A DNA stretch of 64,000 nt from Azolla caroliniana. Taxonomy: Eukaryota > Plantae > Polypodiophyta. The notes beneath the pieces were generated by a model. The model searched no databases. It was not told the origin of the DNA and saw only the letters and a program-made list of their open reading frames with translations. The translations under genes and the position numbers were made by a program. Shown here one piece after another: positions 63,951 through 64,000 of this stretch (the first letter of the stretch is position 1; every line of letters begins with the position of its first letter). The stretch spans positions 4,588,001 through 4,652,000 of the forward strand of contig JBHGNT010000010.1 of NCBI GenBank assembly GCA_043228905.1, read 5' to 3'.

Positions 63951-64000
63951 CACAAGCTCATCCACAAAGAACAAGCACACATTTCTTTAGCCCCATCACT

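Overview
Eukaryotic nuclear DNA from a land plant, probably a non-seed plant (inferred from the TE lineages, not proven). There are four host genes. These are the last exon of a reticulon (+, 10-179), an intronless fungal/bacterial-type DOPA 4,5-dioxygenase (+, 3035-3496; horizontal-transfer candidate), a 7-exon plastoglobule fibrillin FBN7/PGL34 (-, 9018-14689), and the first 18 coding exons of CAND1 (+, 46685-52139; the rest is not in the window). A ~23 kb nest of LTR retrotransposons lies at 15624-38603. It comprises an outer Gypsy, a Copia, a tRNA-Trp-primed Gypsy with a young gag-only relative inserted in it, and a tRNA-Met-primed Gypsy. The most notable observation is two diverged minimal type I hammerhead ribozymes inside this nest (25098-25158 + and 34776-34836 -). 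Both have covarying stems and a palindromic stem III, and each sits just downstream of a conserved TATA box and a long pyrimidine tract. One lies in a non-coding 2.5 kb insertion with 346-bp partial-tandem terminal repeats and no target-site duplication (TSD), an architecture typical of Penelope-like elements or retrozymes. The other marks the junction of an apparent large deletion. The remainder is decayed LINEs, hAT-type MITEs, solo LTRs and simple repeats. All calls come from manual reading and motif recognition; no database searches were run.
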